Of a DNA stretch of 64,000 nucleotides, positions 13,447 to 22,917 are shown piece by piece (position 1 is the first letter of the stretch; every line of letters begins with the position of its first letter). A program made the position numbers and the translations under genes. A model generated the notes under the pieces. The model was not told where the DNA came from, made no database searches, and saw only the letters and a list, made by a program, of their open reading frames with translations. This DNA is from Octopus sinensis. Its lineage: Eukaryota. The stretch covers positions 50,654,001 through 50,718,000 of the forward strand of contig NC_043002.1 of assembly GCF_006345805.1 (NCBI RefSeq), given 5' to 3'.

Positions 13447-13574
13447 TTTATTTAAAAGCAGCAGAAATATAACAAAAGCTGTTACTCAGAGTTTCAAGTT
13501 TCCGTTCGTCGGACAGTTTTGTTAAAATATTTTATATTGTTATAAATGTTATATTTCTGCTGCTTTTGAATAAA
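13447..13574. mobile_element. short fold-back element with 28-bp inverted repeats enclosing a hammerhead motif
   Basis: TTTATTTAAAAGCAGCAGAAATATAACA versus TGTTATATTTCTGCTGCTTTTGAATAAA (1 mismatch). Confidence 0.75.
13474..13522 (-). ncRNA. minimal hammerhead ribozyme variant (CCGACGA core)
   Basis: Reverse complement AAAACTGT-CCGACGA-ACGGAAACTT-GAAA-CTCTGAG-TA-ACAG(C)TTTT; stem III ACTC/GAGT; GUA triplet. Confidence 0.6.
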
Positions 13575-13670
13575 GCATATTACTCTACCTCTGGTATTTG
13601 AGTACTCTTTTTCCCACCTTGTTTCACATTTATGCGCTTACTCCGGTATATATATATATATACATATATA

Positions 13671-14182
13671 AAATTGCCAACCAAGTGTGATGGTCTATAC
13701 AGGACTCTGCTACTGATGTTTATAGCCCCAGGAAGACATCTCCCCCAGGTGGCTAACGAGACACGTTCTGTGTCAGATTAATATTTGTGAGGGAAGGTCA
13801 TCGCTTTGATCACTAGCCTTAAGTGCTACACACGGTTTCTAGGTGGCTACCCATCTTCAGCGTGTGAGGAAAGCATATAGGAGTTTGGGAGTGAAATGAG
13901 TTTTCATCACTAGCTTGTGATTAACACAGGCTGAGGACGGGTAACCACCCAGAAACTCGAGTCTATGTGCATCACGTAAGGCTAGAGATGGGAGCGATGA
14001 CCTACCCTTGCAAATACTAATCGGATACAGAATGTGTATCGTTAGCCAGCTGGAGGAGATGTCTTCCTGGGGCTACAAACGTCAGTAGCACTGTCCTGTA
14101 TAGGACGCTACACTTCGTTGGTAATTATATGTTACGATTCCGTATTGCTACTGTTTACTGTTTATATCTCGCTCAGAGATTT
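13671..14182. mobile_element. palindromic hammerhead-bearing element, family P1, older copy
   Basis: Arms ~13671-13866 and ~13925-14126 are diverged inverted repeats; shares CCCCAGGAAGA..CTCC.CCAG.TGGC and the terminus ..CTCG.TCAGAGAT with 21803-22490. Confidence 0.8.
13925..13969 (+). ncRNA. type I minimal hammerhead ribozyme
   Basis: CACAGG-CTGAGGA-CGGGT AACC ACCCA-GAAA-CTCGAG-TC-TATGTG; palindromic stem III ACTCGAGT; GUC triplet. Confidence 0.7.
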
Positions 14183-14188
14183 AATATA

Positions 14189-14233
<45 letters not shown>

Positions 14234-14539
14234 ATATATGTATAATGTCTGAATGAGTTAGAAGCTAAGAAACCATCTAAGGGATATTAAATAACCATTA
14301 TACTATTGGATATGTGTCTACGTATTTTTAATCAAGTGCTTACTATTGCATGGCAATATTGCAATTCAATTCTGGGCATAGATGGAGGTAAACTGGAAAT
14401 TTAACCAGGATTTATAAGGCAGATAAGAAAATGGAGAGGATATAAAATCGACAAACAAACTGGCTGATGTTTGTTGATTTTATAACCTCTCTGTTTTCTT
14501 ATTTGCCTCATATATATATATATTTGTACACATGTATAT

Positions 14540-14611
<72 letters not shown>

Positions 14612-14990
14612 CGGGGTGGTTATGTAGTAAGAAGCTTGCTTTCCAACCATAGGATTCAGTCCCACTGCGTGGTGCACAGGGCAAGTGTCTTCTACAATAG
14701 CCCCGAGCTGACCAAAACCTTGCGAGTCGATTTGGTAGAGGGAAACTTAAAGAATCCCGTCATATATATATATATATGTGCATATATATTTCTCTGCCTG
14801 TGTCTTTGTGTCTGTTTGTCGCCCCATCACCGCTTGAAAACCGGTGTTGGTGTGTTCGCACCCCCATATCTTAGCGGTTTGGCAGAATATACCGATAGAA
14901 TAAACACCAGACTTTAAAAAATTCATTCGACTAAAAGTTGAAGACGCTGCCCCAGCATGGCCGCAGCCTAATGACTGAAAGAAATTAAAA
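14612..14990 (+). mobile_element. tRNA-derived SINE, family A
   Basis: Homologous to 442-687 in both head and CAGCATGGCCGCAG tail. Confidence 0.75.
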
Positions 14991-15021
14991 AATTATAATT
15001 TAGATTATATTTTTTAAAATT

Positions 15022-15195
15022 TCTTTCAGCCATTAGACTGCGGCCATGCTGGGGTACTGCCTTGAACTTTTAGTCGAATGAATCAACCTCAGTACTTATT
15101 TTTAAAGCCCGGTGCTTATTCTATCGGTCAATTCTGCCAAACCGCTAAGATACGAGGGTACGAACACACCAACACCGGTTTTCAAGCGGTGATGG
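15022..15195 (-). mobile_element. SINE family A 3' part, inverted relative to 14612-14990
   Basis: CTGCGGCCATGCTGGG..CACACCAACACCGGTTTTCAAGCGGTGATGG is the reverse complement of the upstream copy. Confidence 0.7.
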
Positions 15196-15329
15196 AGCGA
15201 AAATCAGACAGACAGACAGAAACATACGCATACACACACATGCATATTCTGGCGTGCTGGATGATCACTGAGAGTAAAACACTCTTTAGCTTTTGTTAAA
15301 GTATGTTTCTAGAAGGCTGCTCTGAAATA

Positions 15330-15690
15330 AAACCAGTTTCACAGGGAATGTGACTGAACATTTTGGAGGTCTTTCACTTGCCCTTGAAATCATGGTGCTC
15401 CTACATTCCTTAACCTACGACCCATATTTGGTACCGGATTTCTTGCACAGGCTTGTCTCTGGATTACGTCAGTAAGATGGGAAAGTCTGTAAGGTTTTCT
15501 ACAAGCCTTGTTGAATCCAACATTGTACGTTGTGCAATTATGAGGTGACTACGCGAAGACCGGTAGAGTAGGAAGGGGCTGTGGTCATGAACCCAAGTGA
15601 AGCTGACTTCTGATGCAATAACCTCATGCTGGCATTTTGCATAGTCAGTGATAGTCTTCTTTGGTTACAAGTGGACAGCCATCATCATGA
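15330..15690 (-). mobile_element. possible degraded RTE-like LINE fragment
   Basis: Higher-complexity segment with weak resemblance on the minus strand to the RTE C-terminal LRWL/WYGHV region. Confidence 0.3.
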
Positions 15691-15749
<59 letters not shown>

Positions 15750-16301
15750 CATAAACATACATATATTCATATATATATATATATATGAAATTTTTTCTAT
15801 ATATATATATATATATACATATACATAAATATAAACTTACACAAACACAAACACACACACACACACACATATATATATATGTCGTTGCTATAAAGTTAAA
15901 CTGTCGTATGTCCAGATTTTGCCCGATGCATTTTTCTCGATATTTATTTTTACTTACAATAGCCAGTTCTTTTGGTGTCAAACTATCGCACCTCCGGCTG
16001 CTTCAGATGCCAAGGTATCAAAAGGTGTCAAAGTGTAGTACAGCGGTTTTCTATGGAATGGTGAAACTATCTTACCACGTTCTAAAAAAGCAACGCTTTG
16101 GACTTACGATACTTTTGCATAATAGCAAGGATATATGACGAGAAATGTCGACTGCTGAGGTTAGTATTACGTAATAGTTATCTATGTAACTATTCGAAAC
16201 GTTCGTATTGAATGCATTCAAACTATCAACATCTTGCTTTGTGAGTGCTCCTTTATGTGCATGTACATATATAGATACCTACCTACCTACGTATATATAT
16301 G

Positions 16302-16346
<45 letters not shown>

Positions 16347-16568
16347 ATATATATATAATATATATATATATTATATATAAGTATATGCGTGTATTTGCAT
16401 CTACGCATAGAAGAAAGAGAGGGGAGAGAGAGTAAAAAGAAAGAGTGTGAGGAATATAGAAAAATGGAAAGAAAAGGAAGGCGGAGTCAAAATAAGACAA
16501 ATAGAGAAATGGGGAGGAAAGGAGGGAGAGAAAATAGGAGAGAAAGAAACAGAGGGAGAGAGAAACGA

Positions 16569-16605
<37 letters not shown>

Positions 16606-16754
16606 ACATCGGGAGATGGGTATAGTAACGAGACAAAGAAAGAATAAAGAAAGAAAGAAAGAAAGAAAGCCGGGTACTGTAATCGTGGACATCAAATTTA
16701 CAGGTGTAGTTGTAATTTCTCATTATCAAAAATTCATGTTAGTTGTGTAAGTTG

Positions 16755-16788
<34 letters not shown>

Positions 16789-16881
16789 CTTCTCCCCTTC
16801 TCTCCCCTCCCCTCCCTCTGCAACTGAAGAATTTCTTCTTTTTGTTTTTCCGTTTTGAATCTACCATTTATTATTATTATG

Positions 16882-16934
<53 letters not shown>

Positions 16935-17288
16935 CATCATCATCATCGTCATCATTATTATTCTTTTTTTTATTATGTTTGTTGTTGTTTTTGTTGTTAT
17001 TGTTTCATTTATTCAATGTTCGTTTTTTTTTTGCATAACACACTGCAATCAGTTAATCTTGTCGCCTTCACATCAACCAGTTTGGTATTTTCGTATCAAT
17101 TTCACTGGTTGTCTAAGAAAAAAAAAACTAACAAAATTATTAATTGTAATTAATTACCATCTGAATTATTTATTCATTGTAAAAGGCAAATACCGTTAAA
17201 CAGCCACAAAATTTCAACACCACCACCACAACCACCGCCGCCACCACCACAACCACAAACAACAACAACAACAATAACGATGACGACG

Positions 17289-17323
<35 letters not shown>

Positions 17324-17466
17324 AGAATGAAAATAAAAGCAAAGCCGTAACAAACGCAATCAAAATACGTGAAACATACAATCGCAGAGATAAAACACTA
17401 ATATATACATAACAAACGTAGACATACGCATATATAGACTTGCATACACGCGCACACACACACACA

Positions 17467-17527
<61 letters not shown>

Positions 17528-18668
17528 ACATCTAAACAGAACCTCCTCCATTTTAGATAAATTTCTAACAATCGCACCAAAAATTTTGAAGAAATGGGTT
17601 TCATCTCCCGCTCTCATTCAACTGTCGTCTGCCTCAAATTTTGTATCCGTTACTTTCAATATAACAGACGATATCTGGAGTAAAACTGCATATCACCGAT
17701 GATGTTGCCGGGCAAACGAATAGCCTTAATATCAACTAGGACGACATCCTAAGACTAACTCTTTTCTTACGGAACAAAGGTTATTTTAGCCCTCGTCACT
17801 TACTATATTCTACAAAGCTCAAGTGAGATTTGCAATGGAATACTTTTCCTACATCTGGGATAGGGCTGCTTCTATCCTTACTTGAATCTAAATCTGAAAT
17901 CTTTTCTGCTTTTGAAAATATATCTTCAAGTAACTAACTTTCTAGTATCCAAAGTCAGTTTTTGACCAAGTGGTATTTCATTTCTCCAAATGCAATTTTG
18001 TATCTCTTAAGCAGGAGGAAGGCCAATACTTATGACTTTTACAATCGAGAGGCCTAGTTGTGGTAAATTTATACTTACGTGTCCTATAGCTGTAAAAATT
18101 CATACAATATAGAGAGAGATTTCCATATTAATTCATAGAATTTCTGTTTATTTCCTAAATTTCCAAAGTAAACCTGACCATTTATTTATAATGTCACCGT
18201 TTTTATCACATACTATTTTCCTTTATTGCGGGAGGGGTTTTTTTTCACTCTTGTATATTTTCTCATTTTTATGTTTGAAACTTAAAGTACCTAATTTCCT
18301 TTTAACCTAGGGTACAATTACTTGTTTTGATTCATATAACTTTTTATTTGTTTTCTGATTATATTCAGCTTGTATTGATTTAACTTGTTTTTCCTTAGTG
18401 TATTCACAAATAGAGGGCAATGAATGATTAACGCAATCAAATTCAGTGCATTATATATATATTAGACGAAGAGCAATAGAAAATGATTCATAAGTTAATG
18501 TAATGTTTACACATGAATACTTCAAAATTGCAGTTACTATTGAATCGATGTTAATAAATATTTTGATGGCTAAGAATTGAACTATTCCCAAGTTCAATCC
18601 AGTGGTAGATATATTTTCATATACATTCATATATGCATATACATCTCTCTCTCTCTCTCTCTCTCCCC

Positions 18669-18712
<44 letters not shown>

Positions 18713-18761
18713 TATATGTGCGTGTGTGTGCGTGTATGTGTGTATACGTATGTACATGTGT

Positions 18762-18799
18762 GCGCAGGAGTGGCTGTATGGTAAGTAGCTTTGATAACC
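18762..18799 (+). mobile_element. SINE family A 5' head, interrupted by an insertion
   Basis: GCGCAGGAGTGGCTGTATGGTAAGTAGCTTTGATAACC matches 443-479, then homology stops abruptly. Confidence 0.85.
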
Positions 18800-20844
18800 T
18801 TCGTCTGAGTTAGACGTGTTATTTTGCTGCTCCGGATGCCACGTTGTTTCAACGTGAATTGTTGAACTCTCGACTCGACTGCAGGTAGGCGTTTTGTATT
18901 TTTGCGAGCGAAGTGAAGTTTTATTACTTGCATTAATGTTTTTTAGCATTAAATATTTTTTTAGCAGATACTAAGGCTCCACTTTGCTCCGGATATAATT
19001 TTTCTGCCTGTTGTCGAGTGTAAAGAAAATTGTGTTTTTGAGGCGGCGTAGTCCGTCTGCAAAAATTATTTTTGAAATTGTCGTTGTGTTATCTACGGGA
19101 TTTACCAAGGATTATTTTACCAAGGTGTTTTACCAACAGTGTATTTGGCCTGGAATACAATTTTTGGCCGAAAAATGGAACAAAAAAAAAAGAAAATTAA
19201 TTCCTTTGTCTGAATTTGAACTCTCTTTCTCCGTCTATCATTCATTTGTAAAAAAAAAAGAACTTTTTTTGAACTGCCATTTTAATTTTATTTCTTCCCT
19301 TCTGTTGCTTTTTTCATTCTCCTTTCTGTGTCTAATTTATTTTGTAACATTTTGAACTGTTTTTCTTATGTTATGGCAAGGAATTTCACTGTGTGGGAAT
19401 TGACACCTCCCAAAAAGTACTTAAAGGAGCTCGAGGACAAAACCGTGGTGTTGAGGACATATTCGAGGTCGCTCGACACCATAATGGTTTTCCCGAAAGC
19501 CACCATTATGAACGAGCTGGCAGACTATATGCCAGCCGTTAAACACATTCAACGGGGAGCCAAATACGCAACGATTTGGTTGCTGTTTGACTCCCCTAAA
19601 GCAGCTTGCGATTTCGCGAGTAAGCCCATTGAGGGCGAAAAGATTCTGTTTCTCCCAAGCTATAAGGGGGAAAAATTGATACGATTATGGGTCTGCGGCC
19701 TGCCGCCCGGCTGTGAGCCCGAGTGGGTGGAAGATTTCATCCGCCGGGGTCTGAGTGGTGGTAGCGCCAAGATCCTGAACGTGAGAATGCAGCCTGCGGC
19801 TGACTGGGAAGGGGCAAAGGCTACTTTGACTCTGTGGACCCAGTCGGCCAAGAGTCTGGTTTTGCCGGACTTCTTGAAGATGGCCGGGTCCAAGTATCCG
19901 GTGATGCTTGAGGGACGCCCCCCAAGTGTCACCTGTGTTCGGAGACCGGCCACATTAAGAAAAACTGCCACAGGAACCAGAGTAGGATCCTGGAGAAGTT
20001 AATATCAGAGCCTCTCCCTGCCCCACCAATGGAGGGAGAGAAACAAAGTGAGGAGGGGGAAAAATCCTCCTCCAAAAGAAAAAGAAAAGTGGGGAGCAAT
20101 GGCGATCCACCAAAGGAACCGGAGGCTGCGGAAGAAAAAGAGGACCCGGTGCGTATAGCACCGGAACCCCAACCTCCCGAGGCCCAGCGTAAAAAGAAAA
20201 AGAAAAAGAGGAACGGGACGCCACCAGCGGACTGTAACACCCAGACGGCGTCTCCCATGTGTCCTCCGGCGGTTGTGATGCCGGAGAAATTTTATGTAGT
20301 CCTCTTCCATAAAGGAGGCACTGTAGGAAACGAAATAGGTAAGATGAGGAAGAGAAACCAATGGGAGGGACTTCGGTCCTGCATGGAGTATCCCGAGTGG
20401 CCTTCGCAGCTGGCTGCGGAGGTCCTACTCGAAAATGATATGTGCAGGATCGAGAATTCTTTCCCGGAGGATCTCTTGCAAGTCATACCTGTATGCGGAA
20501 GCCTGACGATGGACGATTGCGTCATTAAAGCAAGAGAGTTCATCGGTCGGGTAACGTAAAATTGCAATTGTGTTACATTGTGACAGAGGTTTATTGCCTC
20601 TGAAGAGACTTTTAAAAGTGTAAATTGTAAATTGAAATTTTTGTGAAAATTTTTTTAATTTTTGTAATTTTTGAAATTTTGTAAGTTATTGAAAAAAAAA
20701 CATTGTTTTAGAGAAGCAAAAGTCGGCGGGCGCTTTCTGACTTCTCCCATCACCATCTTCATCAACCACCACCATCATCCATTAATGTCCTTGTCCAGCC
20801 CGTAGCTACTCTGCGTGCTGCCCTAGTGGCAAATTATTAAAATA
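18800..20844 (+). mobile_element. ORF1(gag)-only non-autonomous L1/Tx1-like retroelement (half-LINE), apparently full length, 17-bp TSD
   Basis: TSD AAGTAGCTTTGATAACC (18783-18799) / AAGTAGCTTTGCTTACC (20845-20861). ~570-nt 5' UTR beginning TTCGTCTGAGTTAGACGTG, a single ORF with a zinc knuckle, and a ~285-nt 3' UTR ending at AATAAA; no RT. Confidence 0.75.
19373..20559 (+). CDS. LINE ORF1p/gag-like nucleic-acid-binding protein (~395 aa if one frameshift is corrected)
   Basis: ORF 19328-20002 (ATG at 19373) joins ORF 20029-20559 if one C is added in the C6 run at ~19918-19923, giving EGRPPK-CHLCSETGHIKKNC (CX2CX4HX4C). Basic NLS-like tracts KRKRK and RKKKKKKR. Confidence 0.75.
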
Positions 20845-20861
20845 AAGTAGCTTTGCTTACC

Positions 20862-21800
20862 TCACTGACAGAAGAGTTCGCATTTTACATGCAGCTTGAA
20901 AGTCACGTCGCAAGACGTGAAAATTGAACACTTTGGAAGCACGACTCCAGGTAGGCATTTGTTGTATTTTTTGAGGGCTTAGTGGAGTTTGTTGCCCTGT
21001 ATTGAATATATTTTGGCGAGCAACGGTCTCCACTCTACTCCAGACATTTGCCTGCTTGTGATCGTCCATAAAGACTCACTTTGCAGTGAAAATTGTGTTT
21101 TTAAGGAGGTGTAGCCCCTCCGCAAAAATTAATTTGTTTACAAAAATTGTCTTCGTGTCTGTGGATTTCCACTGGAGTACCAAGGGGTACCAAGGCAGGA
21201 GGGACTGTTTTTGCAAGGTGGACGTGAGTGAGTTGGCTCTGTCCAATATTGAACAGAAAGAAAAAAGAACAACACCAGCATAAGACCGTAGAGGTAGGTG
21301 GATTTGTTTTCGGTTGAGCTGGGTGTAATTTGTCAAATAGTAATTGTTTGTGTGTTGATAAATTTTGCCCAGCTCCGTGGCAATTCTGCCTGCTGTCGGG
21401 GGCTGCTGTTTGTTGGTTTTTGTATTGGAAAAAAAAGTGGGAGCGTATCTTCGCCCGAACTTACTGGATTTTGCCATTGAAACTTGTTGAAGTTGGCCAG
21501 GAGTACCTGTTGGCCATTGATGTTTGTTATGTGAACTGTTTTTCTTTTTTCTATCCTTCTGTTTTTTTCTTTCTTTTTGGAGCTGTTTTTGCGTTTCTTT
21601 TGAATTTTATTTTTTATTCATATTTTTTTAACTGACTTGTTTATTTCTTTTTGGACTTGTTAATTCATTTGGACTTTCCTTCTTCTTTTGAATTGATTTT
21701 TAACATGGCAAATGCAAAAAGTGCCTTAGAATGGGAAGTGGTCCCACCTAAGCAATGGAGTGAAAGCCTTGAGAGAAGGGCGGTGGTACTACGGACCTAT
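20862..21800 (+). mobile_element. second, diverged copy of the ORF1 retroelement family: 5' UTR and first ~32 codons, truncated
   Basis: 5' UTR shares ACGTGAA.., CGACT.CAGGTAGGC..TTGTATTTTT, AAAATTGTGTTTTT.AGG.GG.GTAG and GCAAAAATTA with 18800-19370. ATG at 21706 gives MANAKSALEWEVVPPKQWSESLERRAVVLRTY versus MARNFTVWELTPPKKYLKELEDKTVVLRTY. Confidence 0.8.
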
Positions 21801-22007
21801 AAATCTCTGAACGAGGTATAAACAGTAGCTACACGACATTGAGAAGTATATTTGCCACCTAAATGTAGCTAACCTTTAAGAGTTGATGCTACTGTAACTT
21901 GAAGCCCCAGGAGGACTTCTCCTCCAGCTGGCAATTGACACACTTTCTGTGCTCTCTCAGTATTCGCAATGAGAAATCATCTTTCCCATCTCCAGGCTGA
22001 CGTGATA

Positions 22008-22052
22008 CACACGGAGCCGAGTTTCTGGGTATTGACCCGTCATCAGCGTGTG
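22008..22052 (-). ncRNA. hammerhead ribozyme motif (left arm)
   Basis: Reverse complement CACACG-CTGATGA-CGGGT CAAT ACCCA-GAAA-CTCGGC-TC-CGTGTG; perfect stem I, weakened stem III. Confidence 0.6.
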
Positions 22053-22170
22053 ACGACCACCGATTGGCGATGGGAAGAGGTTCTCAATGCAAATATATAT
22101 ATCCTTGTTTTTCGAGATCAGTGACTTTGCGTCACTGGAAAAAGGATATATATATATATATATAATATAT

Positions 22171-22201
<31 letters not shown>

Positions 22202-22241
22202 TTGCATTGAGAAACACTTCCCATCGCCAACCGGTAGTCGT

Positions 22242-22286
22242 CACATGCTGATGACGGGTCAATACCCAGAAACTCGGCTCCGTGTG
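22242..22286 (+). ncRNA. hammerhead ribozyme motif (right arm)
   Basis: CACATG-CTGATGA-CGGGT CAAT ACCCA-GAAA-CTCGGC-TC-CGTGTG. Confidence 0.6.
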
Positions 22287-22599
22287 TATCACGTCAGCCT
22301 GGAGATGGGAAAGATGATTTCCCTTTTCAAATACTGATAGGGCAAAGAAGTGTGTCAATAGCCAGCTGGAGGAGATTTCTTCCTGGGGCTACAAGCTACA
22401 GTAGCATCCACCCTTAAGTATTAGCCACATTTAGGTGGCAAGTATACTTCCCGATGTCATGCAGCTACCGTTTATACCTCGTTCAGAGATGTATTATTGC
22501 TTTTATATAGAGTTTATAGGGTATTTGAGGACATACCTTTTTTGGGTCATTGATGCATCCTTTGCTAACTCTGTGTAGTCTTTGCTTCAAAAAATAATA

Positions 22600-22917
22600 A
22601 TGGCAGACTCTCAGCTTACTGAAGAAATGAAGAGGTATGTTGTTATTGTGGTTATAAAGGCTGAGGATAACAATTTAGATATATCATGATTCTTAAAAGT
22701 TTCCAGATCATTCATCTACAAAGTTTGTAAGGAGCTAGAGACTGACGATGGAAACGTACTACCTGTATCAAAACATAAATGCATTCTAAACTCTCTGAAA
22801 TTATCAGAACACCTGAATTTATCAGCACGTTCAATAGACCATTGATTACAACCCCAGAAAGTCCATGAGGACAATTGCAAAAGATCTCCATGTGTCAGAA
22901 GGATCAGTCAGAAATAT
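22600..22917 (+). mobile_element. maT/mariner transposase N-terminal (HTH) remnant
   Basis: Disrupted translation EEMKRYVVIVVIKAE..IS*FLKVSRSFIYKVCKEL..IIRTPEFI..NPRKSMRTIAKDLHVSEGSVR. Confidence 0.6.

Larger units (their letters stand above)
21803..22490. mobile_element. palindromic hammerhead-bearing element, family P1 (~300-bp arms, central TA repeat)
   Basis: 21803-22107 is the reverse complement of ~22141-22490; termini ATCTCTGAACGAGGTATAAAC / GTTTATACCTCGTTCAGAGAT; one hammerhead motif per arm. Confidence 0.9.

Noticed and set aside
17073-17111. Hairpin CAACCAGT..ACTGGTTG as a pre-miRNA
   Set aside because: About 38 nt with a large bulge; too short, and no recognisable miRNA sequence.
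21803-21972. Excess A/G and T/C differences between palindrome arms as a fossil ADAR-editing signature
   Set aside because: Cannot be polarised from so few copies, and ordinary transition bias explains it.
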